Below, one piece after another: positions 1-18,985 of a DNA stretch of 64,000 nt. The position numbers were made by a program, and so were the translations under genes. A model generated the notes under the pieces. That model saw only the letters and a program-made list of their open reading frames with translations, was not told the DNA's origin and did no database searches. Source of the stretch: the human T2T-CHM13v2.0 reference genome, Homo sapiens; NCBI RefSeq assembly GCF_009914755.1, contig NC_060947.1; one strand, given 5' to 3'. Within the stretch, counting starts at the first letter, position 1; each line of letters opens with the position of its first letter.

Positions 1-1343
1 AACTGAATGAATAATCAAAGCCTGGAACTTAAACTTATACTGTTCTTTGAAAACTACAATGATAATTGATTTTTAAAATAATTATTACGGATTAAATTTT
101 GCAAGTAAAACCTCCTCCAAACAGTTGAACTTTTTTTTTTTGTATTTACTAATACACTACTGTCTATATCCAGTAGCCAGACTACATTTCTGAAAATCCT
201 GGTGAGCTATTTCTCACAGTGAATGGGGGCTGGCACAAAAGTATGGCTAAATCGGCCCAAATCCAAACTTTCTATTTGAAAGTGTGAAAGCCTCGAGTCA
301 CCCATGTTGTTAGAAACTCAATAGTGTGAATCTCTATTGAAAAATGAGATAATGTTGAAATGGTTTCGACATGCATTCTCACGTGGCATAGGTATTTTTC
401 TTTCCTACTGTATTGGTTAGTTGCACTACCTGTCAGCTAGATAAATTCAGAATTTCTGGTCTCCAATAAGACTTACAACCTTTGACAAAGCCCTCAACAA
501 CAGAGAAAAACTCCCTGTCAACTCTGCCTGTTCTATATTTTTGCTTTGATTTTCAGCCTTTCACAGGGATTCGAGTTATTTTTTTCTCCCACATCTCTTG
601 GGAAAGGTGGAGGGCCCTTGTTATGTAACATACCACGTGAGTTTACTACTCCAGAATAATAGGAAATATGTGGTTAGAATTTGATGGTGCCACAAAATAG
701 GAATCGCAGTTTTGAAGTGAGCGGTCATATCGCCATGGACATGATAAAATAATAGCTTAAGTGAGGCTGAAGCCATCCACACAGCCCCTGGATCAATCAC
801 TTTTAGTCAGTTAAATTTTTTTTTAACAAGATCGATAGGATCAGAAACCAAGACTGCTGAAAACACCCAATTCACAGGCTTTCCATGTCATAAACAAGGC
901 TCTAAAGCCTTGCTGTGTTTGGATAATAGAGAATATCCTATGATTTGTTGCCTATTAGGGAAACCACTTAAAGCTTTTTAAGAAACCACTAAAAAAAAAA
1001 TCTCTTTCTTTATCAGAAAAGACCAATTTGTAAGTGCAGTTCAATTTCATCTCACAAATAGAAATTTCTTCAGAGAATATTGAGCTAAGCTACTCAATTC
1101 TGTGGAGGTTATGGATTGGAGCCAGAGGTGACTAGTTTTCAGGTGTTTCATTCCAGACCTCTGTAAGGGCTCACATAACTCATTATGCTCCCTTCGTCTC
1201 TCACACATGCCCATCCATACACACGTGGACATCCAGACAACGTGATTATAAGACGTTCATGTTCTTGCATAGAGGAGAGAAACCAGTGCACTTTGATTAT
1301 TCACAATGTCGAAACTTAAAATGAATGCCTTTTAAAAACATCA

Positions 1344-1679
<336 letters not shown>

Positions 1680-1970
1680 TCAGAAAACCATACAAGAGAT
1701 GGGACCAAAAGTTGAATGGGGTCATGATGTTTTCCTTGGCCAACAGTGGAATTTGTTTCCTAGTTTATTTTTAGTAATTGAGTAACGTAACTTAGATAAA
1801 ATAAGCCACTGATTTTTGAGTTTCAGGTTTCCAGATCTTTAATAGTAGGTCTGCAGAAAGCTAGCCTTCATCTGAATTCTTCAATTTTCAGATGAGAAGT
1901 TTCACAATTTTAGAATATTAATGATCTAAGGTATCTTAGAAACTACTAGTCACTCAGTGCTCAATAATAA

Positions 1971-2400
1971 TGTTGTAGAAAAAACTGAGTTCTTTTCACA
2001 TGACCAGGAAAGTTTAGGCTCACAGACACTTTGAAGGGTGAGGGGGAGCGGAATTTATTGAGTGAAAAGGAAAAAAACTCAGCAAAGCCAGAGGGGTTCC
2101 TGTTAACAGGCCCCCATCTCACAGACTGAATGCCAGGTTACCACACAGGAACAGGAGAGGCCTAGCTCCTCCCCACTCCAAAAGGTGCAGTGCGAACTTC
2201 CCCAAGGCCCCACCCTGTCCTCCCAGTGTGCAGGTGGGCATTATTCAGAAAGAATCAGTCAGGGGAGTGTGGGGAAAGGGCGGGCCTCATCCGGGACAGG
2301 CAGTCCTGTTCATCAGCCTACAGGCTGTTTTAGGCTTGAACGTGGGGTTTCGCTGGGGGTCGCGGGTTTGGGGGCCCTTGGCTGCCCCTTGTCTCTATCA
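1971..2400 (-). mobile_element. ERV1 solo LTR (MER48-like)
   Basis: TG...CA termini on the minus strand, 4-bp TSD ataa, AATAAA on the minus strand (tttatt at ~2054). Family assigned by recall. Confidence 0.75.
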
Positions 2401-4214
2401 ATAATTTATATCACATATGGGTATGTGGCAACAGTGAGGAGGGTTTCAAGTAAACTTTTATTAATACATTATTATTGTTATTGTTAATAAGCATAAATTT
2501 GGAAAACATTTGTGAGTTTTTTTCACATCAGTGGGATCACTGCAAAGTTTTTTTTTGTGAAAATACAGCTCCTTTCTTTTGCATGCATTCTAATATGCCT
2601 TTTTGAGAAGGAAAGAAAGGGATAGAATTAAAGTTAGGCCACTGAAAATTCATGTGGCTCCAGTTTACAAACTTCATGAGTGTGGGGGAAGACATAGACA
2701 AAGAGAATCGCTAATTTCGTTCACTTTATTAAATTTTCAGGTGAAGAATTGAGGCTCGAGATGGCAAATAACCTTCCCAAGGCCATTGTTTATTCTTAAA
2801 TCTGGGCTGAACTAGGACTACAATTCAAATATTTAAAGGCACTGCTCTTCTCATTTCATTGCTTGTATTACTTTGATCCCTTCCAATTGATCAAGCTGGC
2901 CAATCTACCTTTGCCTAATATCCTTTTTTAGGTACAGCCAGAATATCTCAGTAAAGAAAAAAAACATACACAAGAAAATATGCCTTAGCTCTTGCATTAA
3001 TGCAAGGTTAAAGAAACATAAAAATCTCAGCCATAAGGCCCATTGGCCCCCTCTTATGTCTCCAGAAGTTAAAGTCTTTATCTCAAATTGTCCATGGGGA
3101 TCAGAGTATCATTTAACACTGAATTTTTTCCTACTCTGGCAAAATCAGTTTCTGACTGACCACATTTTACTCAAATCAAGCACTTTCTCTTCCAATAAAA
3201 TACAATTATACCAGGAATACATCCAAGTCTCTCCCACCCCCCAGTTTACCAGAGTTGGAAAATGCAGACACTAGCAATGAAAGGCTTCATTCTGCAAGTA
3301 GCAAATACTCTTCCATTTTGTAGCTAGGAAGATATTTGGGTAAAGTTAATACAAGGATCTCTTATTACCTTGGCTTAGCTTCTTAGCATTCAGTGATTTG
3401 GGGTTAAGAAATCTCTGTAATTATTTTTTCAAGGAATAAAATGAATATAAGGAACTAGACTTGCCTTTTTCAAGGGCTCTGGCTCTGACCAGACTGCAGT
3501 GACAGTTTTGATGGAGTATTTGTACGTGCTTCTCATTGTTTCCCACAACATTGTATCCTCCCTCTTATGTGCAGCCTGAATAATAATAATGTGGTTTGTG
3601 TCTGGTGTACCAAGGAGATTTCTTGTTTACTCTGATTTACTTCTTGTACACTTTGGTACAAGAAAAGCAAGCATTTTACAGGAGACTCGAATAATGCATT
3701 TGGCCCTGGTTCTGGTGCTTGTGAACCAGAGCAGGCTGCCTCCTATTGAAGAATGAGGTCTCTAGGGGGAACTTAATAGCCATTGATGCCAGCAGTCTTA
3801 CCTGGCTAATTCAAGCGTGGCTTTATCACCCAAAAGCAAGAAAATGCTTGCTACAGACCAGAAAAAAAAAAAGGAGGCCTGTGTCAGAACTGTTTTAATG
3901 TGGTACAATTGTGGAACTCTTCTAATTTTTATGTAGCTTAGGAAAGAGGTGTGGCAACTCCATTTTGGAGCCAAGGGGAGGTCTGTGAGGAGACAGTAAA
4001 CAGGATAGGAATTTAAACTGGGACCATTGTATTTGCTTTCCTTCCAGTGATAAATTTCCCTGGTTAGTTCTCGATATCTATGAAAAACAGCTCTTTTTCC
4101 CAAGCTAACATTTCCTGCCCCACCTCCTGGATGGAATTGAGAAAGGTGGTGACTACTCTAATGATTTTTCAGTGGTATAAACAGCATAACCCCCCCTCAC
4201 TAGCTGTGGTGGAA

Positions 4215-4532
<318 letters not shown>

Positions 4533-5007
4533 TAAAAGAAATTCTAGTTAATCACTCAAGCCCTCAGATGCTGGTATGACCAGATATATAGCATCTACCT
4601 CTCTACCGCTTTTGTCCCCAAGAACCCTGACAACTTATTCTGTCCAAAAGGAGTTTGTGGCAAGAAAGAACCAAAGTATCAGTGTAGTCCACTATTACTG
4701 TACTTCCATTTCAGCCTTCATGGTGGTATGAGCAAACATTGGCCCTATAAGGTATACTTGCCAGTTTTCCAGGTTTTGGCCCTTGACTCATAGTGCTGTG
4801 CTTAGGATCCAAGATTAGTCCACTCTTGTTTCACATACATATGTCCAGTCATTGTTCCCAGTAGTGCAAATACTATACCAGAGTGGTGGGGTTCTAGGGG
4901 ATTTCAGCTTTAGCAACACACTAGGCCACAGTCAATTATCCTCCATGATTTTCAGGCCTTGTGTTCAGCCTGGGCCATACCCTATATTTGCTCTTCCCTC
5001 AACATAA

Positions 5008-5314
<307 letters not shown>

Positions 5315-5500
5315 TGAAGTGATGTTTTTTAAAAGGCATTCATTTTAAGTTTTGACATTGTGAATAATCAAAGTGCACTGTTTTCTCTCCTCCGTGCCTG
5401 GCCTATGTCTTTTCTTATCATCAGAACTTGGTCAGGATGTTGAAAATCCATCATGACAAATCTTTCAATATTCATCCCAGAAATCTGCTGGGAATTAATT

Positions 5501-5852
<352 letters not shown>

Positions 5853-5864
5853 TAATGACCTACT

Positions 5865-6240
5865 ATCATTTATTCATTTACTTAAGAAATATTTATTGAA
5901 TGACTACTACATTCCAAGCACTGTACTAAGCACCGGGTATATATTAGTGAATAAAATAGGAAAGGTCCCTGCTATTTGTGGATCATATGTAATCCAGTGA
6001 GAAGAGTAAAAGTAGCAATAAATAAACACATAAATATATATTAAAATTGTGATAATTATTACAAACAAAATGAAGGTAAAGTGAAGACTACTTAGACAGT
6101 AGAGTCAGGAAAGGAATCTCTTAGGAAGTGATATTTAAGCTTACAGCCTGAGAATGAGAAGGAGCCAGCTTTGAGAGTTGAGGGGAGAGTGTTCTGGACA
6201 AAGGGAATGGTATATCCGAGTCCTGTGATGGGAAAGCTTT
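5865..6240 (-). mobile_element. L2 3' fragment
   Basis: tcatttattcatt...atttattgaatgactactacattccaagcactgtactaagc is the reverse complement of the L2 3' end. Confidence 0.6.
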
Positions 6241-6247
6241 TGGAGTA

Positions 6248-7570
<1,323 letters not shown>

Positions 7571-7592
7571 TGTTTAAAAAAAAAACAGTTTT

Positions 7593-7945
7593 GGAGGACA
7601 TTATGCTAAGTGACATAAGCCATGAAGGACAAATACTATATGATTTCACTTATATAAGAATCAAAAATAGCCAAACTCATAGATTCTAATTTAAAACATC
7701 AGACAATACTGGTTGTCAGAAGTTGGGAGTGGGGGAAAAGGGGAGTTTTTCTATGGATCTAAACTTTCGATTATTCTAGATGAATAAATTCTAGAGATCT
7801 GCTGTGCAACATAGTGCCTATAGTTAACAATATGGTGTCGTGCAGTTCAAAATTTGTTAGGAGACTAGATCTCATGTTAAGTGATCTTACTGCAAAACCA
7901 AACAGCAAACAAAAACACAAAGGGGCACAAGGAAACTCTGGGGTG
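7593..7945 (+). mobile_element. Old L1 (L1M) 3' fragment
   Basis: ggaggacattatgctaagtga...aaggacaaatactatatgatttcactta is a typical L1M 3' region. Confidence 0.75.
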
Positions 7946-9437
7946 GGGGAAGGTTATCTGCTAACATTTATTGGAGATGTGATTCAAGGGCAGCAAGAGT
8001 GAGGGCAGCATTATCAGCTGCTGCCATGGAAAGTCTAGAGTCAGAAAGGGAGATTTTTCCAATCACTTGTAGTCCAAGGGAAAAATATTGAAATAAAGTT
8101 TCTGTTCTATATACATTTGAAAATCAAAGGCCTTGACAAAAAGGAAAGCTTCAAGCAGGATGTTTGTGTGTTCTTTCTACCTTTATATTCAAATCTTCTG
8201 TCAGTGGAGAAATAGAAACAGCAGCATCTCACAATGCAAACCCACAGCAGAACATTAACCCTAACCCTAACTACAAGCTTAATTTCACTTCCAACTTAGA
8301 AACTTCTAAGTATGTAGGACAAAAGCTGAGGAAGCCCCAGAAACTTGTTACTTTCTCCAGTCTGTCTTCTATTGGGGATAATAAGAACTGGAAGCTGGAG
8401 CTTTTGGAGTAGTAAAAGGTAAGGTATTGTTGGTCCTCCTCTTTCCTGTTTCCTTTTATGGAAATTGGGGAGAAAAAATTTAGTCCTTTGCAAAATTTTC
8501 ATTTCCACTTCTATTTCTCTGAGATTCAACAAGAACAACACAATTCTAAGATCTATGACATTCTCTTAAATAAAGCCTGTAGCCTTGTGAGCATTCAGAA
8601 GTAAGAGGATACAACAAAATCCCGCAGAGGCTGAGAATAGGGGATGATATTGAATCCTTTAAGTATAGCAGTTTGGAGACTCAGCTTTTGTGGGCTCCAA
8701 AATAACCAGGAGTCTGAGCTTGAACTCAAGACAAAAAATTGAGGGCCTCAAAATTAGTTCATGAGTGGTTTTTCCTGTGGTTGATGGATGTGAGTTCAAC
8801 AGCTATAGTGATGTTTCTCAAATTCCTTGAAACAGAGGGAGTGGGGTTTTCCAGCAAAGTATTCTTCCCCTTTTAAAATAATATTAGAGGAAGTCTTAAG
8901 CCAAGGAATATCAATGTGTTATTGTAAGACATGTAGTCAAGAAGGTTTATCTTCTGTAATTTTATGTTGCTTGGATCTTATTCCAGAAGAAAAATATTTT
9001 CAAATCTGCCCCAACTGTGAATTGAGAAAGATTAAGCTGCCGTGCCTTCATTTCAGGCCACATATGCAAATCTGTTTTATAATCCCCAGAAGAAGATTTC
9101 AGTTGACCCTGAAAAATGCATGACTGTTAGTCAGTGCTTACTCCTTAACATTATCAGTACTTAGTATTCCAAGTGTTGCTTAATATTATCACTAATTAAT
9201 ATTATCAGAAGAAAACACATAACCAAAATTTGTACGTAAATACAAATTTTCTGTCTAAATGCCTTGCTTCCAAAGTTATCAAATTGCTGACTATGATGGA
9301 GATATTGGGCACAGTTGTGTAAGCATTTTACTAGGATTTCAGTAGAAGGAAGAAAATGAAGGGCTGTCTAGAAACTGCTTTAGCCAGCAAAATGTCTTTG
9401 TATATCTACAAACTTATTTTTAAAATATTTGGTTCTT

Positions 9438-9770
<333 letters not shown>

Positions 9771-10105
9771 CTAAACCTTTTAAATTTTTATTTTCGTGTA
9801 TGTTTTGTTATGTACATAATCTATTAGTATAGCAGCACATATAAACAAATAAAACATACATTATGAATCCATGTTTAAAAGTTTTTACTGTTAGAGGTAC
9901 GTAATAAAAAGTTGAGGACCACTGCTTTAAAGAAATTTCCATTTGGAGAGCCCATGACTCACATATTTTTAAAAGTCAAAGACAATAATACATCTTTGAA
10001 ATAGCAATGTTAACTAAAATTTTGTTTCTACATATAAGCTGAAAACAGTAATTTCTATTTGTAGTTGAATATGTCATCAATGTCTTAGATTAAATCAGTC
10101 AATTG

Positions 10106-10399
10106 GCTGGGTGCAGTGGCTCACACCTGTAATCCCAGCACTTTGGGAGGTTGAGGTGGGCAGATCACTTGTGCTCAGGAGTTCGAGATCAGCATGGCCA
10201 ACATGATGAAACCCCGTCTCTACTAAAAATACAAAAATTAGCCAGGTGTGGTGGCAGGTGCCTGTAATCCCAGCTACTCAGGAGGCTGAGGCACAAGAAT
10301 TGCTTCAACCCAGGAGGTGGAGGCTGCAATGAGCCGAGATCACGTCACTGTACTCCAGCCTGGGCAACAGAGCAAGACTCCATCTCAAAAAAAAAAAAA
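10106..10399 (+). mobile_element. Alu (AluS-like)
   Basis: Full Alu; TSD aaatcagtcaat. Confidence 0.95.
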
Positions 10400-12531
10400 T
10401 CAGTCAATCAACCAATTAGCCAACCAACTGACAAACTCTTAATCCTTATGGAAATTCTCTTCCCTACTAACTAGACCTCTGAAGGGCTCAGTCTCACAAA
10501 ATGTCTACCAAAAAATATCTATTCACCCACTGAACATTAAATGAACCAATCAACTCTGCAAGAAACATATGTAGTGCAATATTCACTTGTCTAAGTTACT
10601 GACATCATGCAGTGGAAACAACAAATTGAGTGAATTTGTGCTTTTCCCACCTATAAGCTTATCACCATTGCAAAAAGACCTCCATAAATCCCAACAGATG
10701 ATTAACTCTTCATCCCAAGTAGCACAGGCTCTCTTGTTAGGTTAGAATTAAAGCATGATCATTTTGTGACAGTTATTTTACTTCTAGTAAAATTAATGTT
10801 TAGTACACGTGGTGAACCACAATTTGCCTTTGGCTGTTTATAATTTCGAATGGTAGAAAATACCAATTATTGTTAAACACAGATAACACTAGGAATGATG
10901 AGAGAAAGATGATGTCCATTTTATAGAATGATTACCGCAAATAACAATTATTGTCATCACAATATAACAAAATGTTAAAATTGATCTTTTTCGGTTTTGG
11001 TTTCTGTCCAGGCCCAGTAGGTACTGATTCTTCCCTCATTCTAAAGAGATGCTAGACCACTAAAAATGGAATTGCAAAGGAAATAGACAAAATTCAGTTT
11101 GGAATCCCTTAGTTACCACCTTCAGCTTATAAAATGTGTTGCAGAAACCAAGAGAGGGGTTGGAAATTAGAAGATAATTTATAGAGAGTGTTTCTATTGT
11201 GTATCATGTGCCTCCTCCCCCATGAAGGGGATACTCTTCCTTCACTTCAAGCCCAACAAAATGGCTCCACTAGGGCCCACAGTAAACTGATGTCAGGATG
11301 ATACCTGAGAAATTTAAAGTAGGAAAGACAGGCTAGTTAGCTGTTCTGATAGCAGAACAAGATGGAGTCTATACCAGGATGGACCTGACACTTGTTAGAG
11401 CAAAGAACATGGAGAACTTCCCATGAAGCAATAGGGAATGAGATAAAAAAGACCTAGCATGGTATTGTTTCAGATCATGACCAAGAGACCTCCTGGAGGG
11501 GTGGGGGAAATCTCAGCAAAATAGAGGCTGGATGTGTTCCCTTGGATGCCAGAGGAAATGTAATTGTCTGTATCAAAGACTGCTATGAGAAATTCCTAAT
11601 GATAAGCGGGGGTTCTCCAAAGGACCTCCAAAAACACATCACAAGAGAGTCAGGTGTTGGAGACACGTGCACCAATGCTAGATTGCTAGAGCAGAACCAG
11701 GCTTTTGCTGGCTCTTAACTCCTCACCTTCCCTTGGCTTCACTTAGAGGAACTGAAAGTAAGGAAACGAGGAAATAGCACATTGGCCCCTCTTTCCCCAT
11801 AGAGGAGGCCAGCTTTAATCAGGCATAAGCTGGAAGGGAAAAGGTGTTAACCTGCAGCAAATTTCTTAAGGTTTTTTTAAAATCACTATTATTATTATTA
11901 TATTTTTGTTACATGTTATTTTACTGAGACTCTTTGAGGTAGTAAAATAAGCAGAGGGCTTTTTGTATTTTTCTGAGTTAGTAGAAAAGTTACAGCGTCC
12001 ATTGTATTTTCATCCAGGGATAAAAAGAACAAGCTCCAAGAACAGATTTGAAGGGCAGTAGGGGGAAAATACGAAATTATTTTCTATTGTGCATTACAAA
12101 TGCTGCTTGTACAGCCCAATGATTTTAATAATAATAGCTAAAAGTTATCAAATACTTATTATATTCCAGACAATGTCTGCTTTACATGTATTAAATAATT
12201 TTATGCTCACAACAACTCTATAAGATTATTATAGTAATTTTCTAGGTGTGAAATTTAGAAGCAGAGAGTGGGTAAATAAACTGCCCTAGGTTGTGTGACT
12301 AGTAAGTGACAAAGCCACTCATGTGGCTATTTCAAGCAAATAAAAATTCAATCTCTTTTCACAAATTCTTTTTTTTTCTGTCAAACATCCAAAATACTGG
12401 ACATACAAAATATAAACCAAGGCCATATCAAATTTCAACGCATTAACACTTTGCAGAGACACATGAGGTTATATGTGATTTGCTGTGCTTTATCAAGAAT
12501 AAGAAGATAAAGCATTTGCTGTGCTTTATCA

Positions 12532-12822
<291 letters not shown>

Positions 12823-12871
12823 TCACCATAGTACATGGGTCTTTTCTGAAATACATATTTCTCCCTTTTAA

Positions 12872-13129
<258 letters not shown>

Positions 13130-13282
13130 TAGCTAAGTAATGAAACCTCACAGTCAAGGTAATTGATTATCATGGAGCATACAGGCATACAAAAAAGCAT
13201 AAAAATCAGTTATTGAATGACAAGTCATTGCACTTTTTTCACGTGGAATGCTGAAATTCATTATTAACTGGATCGAACCTAA

Positions 13283-13670
<388 letters not shown>

Positions 13671-13674
13671 TGAA

Positions 13675-14038
<364 letters not shown>

Positions 14039-14922
14039 TCAAAAAATTCACAATGATGTGACAGCGTTTTAAAAAGCATTTAGATTAGCAAAGAAACAAT
14101 TAATGGTATCCAGGTAGGAGAAGAGATGGGATATGGTTCTTAGCTATAAGCATAATTCTGCATTTTGAGCAATTTATCTTCGAAAGACAATTAATACAGT
14201 AGCTTCATTTGGACTGCTTAATTGTGAAAGCATTTTTGTATTCCAAGCTTGTTCAGCCTTTTTAAAGAGTTGGTTTCAGGTTGAGAAAGTTTGACACGGT
14301 TTTGATTTTATCTAGTAGGCTGGCTCTCCAAGCTCCTAAGAAAAACTGAGGACAGGAGTGACCGCAACTGCTATGGGTTGATGTTCCTATAAAACACCTG
14401 AAATAAGAGAAAAGGTCTCCCCAGGCCCAGGCCTATGTTCTTGACACTTTGTGGATGAGGGAGGTTAGCTGGCAGGAATCTATTTGTTCCAGAATTCCTT
14501 CTATCAGGAAGCCCATCTACAGAAGAGGAAGGAGGAAGCGCCCCACCCCACATTCAGACTCTCCAGATTGTTTTCAAATGACTTCCAGAAGCAAAGTCTT
14601 TGTATTCCCATGAGGATGCATGATGAATGTGTAGCTAAAACACTAGGGCTTCATCATTGATCTAAGTGAAAGTTGTAGTGCCCCATGTTGTAACAGAGTA
14701 GCATTTTCCCAGCTGAGAAAACACCTCCAAACCAAACACCTTCGAGGTCATTGAAAACTGAATGGGGATTTCAATAGAGTTAAGTAAGAAGGTGGTTCCA
14801 GTATGAAATACTAATATATTTTGGAAAAAATTCACATGTTGAACCCAGAACAATTAATACTGCTTTCTAATTACATGTCAATAAGCTGTGGGAGTTACTG
14901 TTCTCTTCCCCCATTTGTATAG

Positions 14923-15255
<333 letters not shown>

Positions 15256-15390
15256 AAATTCACTTTTTAAACAATATTTTAAACACTTATTTGGGGGTAG
15301 TTATTACTTATTTTCTAATAAAGAATATGTTTTAAAACATAATTTATATATAAGATATATTTTAATTCTATTCTTGTCCTTGATTTATAG

Positions 15391-15618
<228 letters not shown>

Positions 15619-16124
15619 TGAATGAGATTTCCAGTTCTCATAAAAGCTGCAAGCAGAAAAATTAGCTTCATCTATAAGAATTCCATAAGGAACTGAGTAG
15701 AAGTTCCATATAACTCTTCATGTTCAGAAAAGAAATATAGGTGGGCACACATTTTCAGGCCTTGAACTCACGTGGGTAAGAAATATGTCTATTTTTCTAG
15801 CATGCAAAGAACATTTCCTTGTGTGTCTCAATTCTGCTAGATGGTGGAAATTTAATCTTTGCGATGTTAGGCAATCCTCAGTTGTTTTATGGTTTATTTT
15901 GTCCATTTTGGGTCTCCTCTCCATTTCCCCACAGTCAGGTTAAATCATGGAGAGTATCTGAATGTCAAGACATGTAGGGGTATGGGGATCTGGTCCTTGG
16001 TCATTAGAACATCATCATCAAATATCCATGCTAGGTTCTGTTGGGACTTCTATATTCCCATTGGATCTTGGCTGTCTCCCACTTACTGCAAGGTTTGCTT
16101 CACTCTCATTGAAAGAACTCATAT

Positions 16125-16436
16125 TGAGACAACCAAGTATAAAGGGGTCACTGGAGAACCTCCAACCGGCCTGAACATTGGGAGGAATGCACACGGGGCT
16201 GAAGCCTCAGGAAGTTCACACCATTTGCGCGGGGAAGAGCTGGCCTCTCCTGTTCCGAGGTGGAAACTGGGATTCAATCTGAGAGGCGGGAAGACAACTA
16301 GCAGGACTCTTGCTCTGCTGAGAGTCCCTGTTTTCCTTTTTTTTCTTTTCACCCGATAAACCCTGCTCTTCTCACCCTTCAAAGTGTCTGTGAGCCTAAT
16401 ATTTCACGGTTTTGTGACAAGGACCCCATTACAACA
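16125..16436 (+). mobile_element. ERV1 solo LTR (MER61-like)
   Basis: tgagac...acaaca termini, 4-bp TSD atat. Its 3' half is visibly related to the LTR at 1971-2400. Confidence 0.75.
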
Positions 16437-18619
16437 ATATATCTCTTGGTTTCATTCTCTCAACCTCTTAGCAGCTCTCCAAGACACATTAGGCACAGAG
16501 GTACTACAAGGCTGCCTCTACTCTATTGTTCCTTCCTCATGCTGGGTGCCATGGAGCTCTATAACATTTACTGCCTTCTAGAGGTCTGTCTTAAAAGCAA
16601 GACAGGTTGTCCTCAGTTCTGGGATTCTCCAAACTCATGGAGCTTTCCAGCATGCCCCCCCATCCTTCAGAAGTTGACTTGGGGAACACATAGCAGAGTA
16701 CAGTATCAAAGGTCCATCAGTTTTTATTTCTGTTGCTTCTCCTCTCTTGCTTCTCTTCTTCCCCTTTCAGTTCCCAGTATTGGAGGCCAGGAAATAAAGC
16801 AGGAGGAAAAACTGGCTCTGACTATCCATGGACTCTTCCAAATTGTGCCTGGAATTCTAGGCTGTTAAGGATATTTTTTTTCCTCAAGCTATTATCTCTG
16901 CAGTTTCAAAATGGACACTTTGAAACTCGTAAGCCACAAATTGCCTCTTTTCTTTCTCTCTGCATTTCTGCTCTACCAGACCTCACTTGAATCAATAATA
17001 TGACTGCCCAAATGAGCAATCAGACAGGGTCAAGGAGGAAGTACCGCAAACAAAAACATATTGGTTGATATTTCAAATAGATTATTCTACCTTACGAGTG
17101 TCAGAGCTTTCTAGGGCTTAGAAGCAAACAACTATTACATGTGATTTTTACCTTGCAATGATTAATAATGAAGCTTACCAAATAGATATCAAAAAGAAAG
17201 TTCAGGGGGATTAAGCGACTTGCCAAATTCACTCAATTAATACAGATAGCACCAAGATTCAGATCTGAAGCCCACTATTCTTACTAATGCACACTCCTTC
17301 CCCCTAAAGAGAAGGAAGGAGGACGAGGGAAATATATAAGGTGCTAATCTTTAAAGCCCTAGGAAGAAAACAGATAAGAACATTTTGCTCTTTAAAGCTG
17401 GCTGCTGTAAGAGATCATGTTGATATCTGACAGATGGTAGGGAAAAAATGAATAAACCAGTCAGCAATTCTCAAATTCTGCTCCCTTTCAACACTAGTAT
17501 TCCATGAGTTGGGTAGAATTTTATTTTATTTCATTTTATCTTGTGTGTATATATTTTTGTTTTTACCGTTAGTACTTAAGAGAATTGTTCTTTTTTGAAG
17601 TCACCAAAATAATTGTTTAATACATAGAAATTTCTCAAATTTAAGTTTTTTTAAAAGGGATTTTGCTGAGTTCATGGCATTTCTATGACTTTTCCCTGTT
17701 CAAATGTTATGTTTGAAACCAGAATATTTCTGAATAAATGATTGGTTTCACCATTTATAATAATGTGGTAGTTAATCTATTAATAAAAATGAGAGTGACA
17801 ATTTAATAAGTTTTTGGAGGCAGACCCTGTGCCAGGTGTTCTACATTAATTATGTGTGTTATCTCACTCAATCCTCATGGCAACTCTGTGAGAGCAAGAC
17901 CATTCAGGAAAACAGGCTGAAATGGGGCCAGCAAATGGCTCAAAGGCACGTACCTAATAAATGGCAGACCCAGGATTGGAAGCTATTACTATATATATTT
18001 TTAAATACCTAATTTAATAAACTAAATCTATTGATTTAATTTAATTATATGGCATGTAATAGTCATGTTTTCTTCTAGTAAAATTGTTTCTACTGGTGGC
18101 ATTAAGCATTTTGTTAAATGATGGTTTTCTATAAAGAAATCCTTAGAAACCTGCCCCAAATCGTAAATAATAACAACAAATAAATGAAGCAAGGAGAGTA
18201 TGACTGTTAAAACTTATAGTTCATGGAGCATTTGTCATTATCCTCAATAATTGCATATGGCATCCTGCCAAACTCAACAGTAGAATCACTGAAAGCGAGT
18301 AGCTGTCTTAATTGTTTACAGAAACAGTAAACCCCAATCAAAATCATGACAGAACATTCCTATTGTGAGTATGTGCATCTTAACAGTTGTCCTTTGGTAC
18401 AATTTTTCAACAAGTACCACCTGTTACTTTGGTGCTTAGAATTAAAATAGGTGTAATTATAACTGTTACTGCCCCAAATCTGTGCCAGCCCCTGACATGA
18501 TCCTCACAGGACAGTCCTTGGCAATTCTGTTCCAAGCCTGAGTTTCAGAGCTACGTTCACATTCCTACTTATCTCAGGAGACAGAATCAAATTCTCCACC
18601 CAACTCTGACCATAGTAAT

Positions 18620-18985
18620 TGTTTATGTAACATGTTTATTAAAGTGTAACACACAAACAGAAAAGTGCACAAATCATTAAGCGTATAGATCGATGAATTC
18701 TTACAGTGAGCAAACCATTGTAACTAACACCCAGATAGAGAAACAGAATGGTAGTAGCACCCAGAAGCTTCCCACTACCCTTCATTTCCTTCCAGTCACT
18801 ACTCCTCATTCACCCAAGGGTAACTATTATCCTGGCTTCTAACATCACAGATTCATTTTGCCTATTTTTGAACTTTATATTAATGGGATCATTCAGCATG
18901 CGCTCTTTTGTGTCTGACTTCGTTCGCTTAACATTATGAGATGTATCGATGTAGCTGTGTGTAGTTGTAGATCATTCATGCCTCA
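18620..18985 (-). mobile_element. Old L1 (L1M) 3' fragment
   Basis: gtaactattatcctggcttctaacatcacagattcattttgcctatttttgaacttta is antisense L1M 3' text. Confidence 0.65.

Noticed and set aside
8256-8271. Telomere-like taaccctaaccctaac
   Set aside because: Under three units; too short to call an interstitial telomeric insertion.
15889-16359. 156-aa ORF downstream of exon 3
   Set aside because: It runs from unique intron DNA into a solo LTR, with no recognisable domain or splice structure.
16125-16436. Possible p53 response element in the MER61-like LTR
   Set aside because: I could not find paired RRRCWWGYYY half-sites in this copy.
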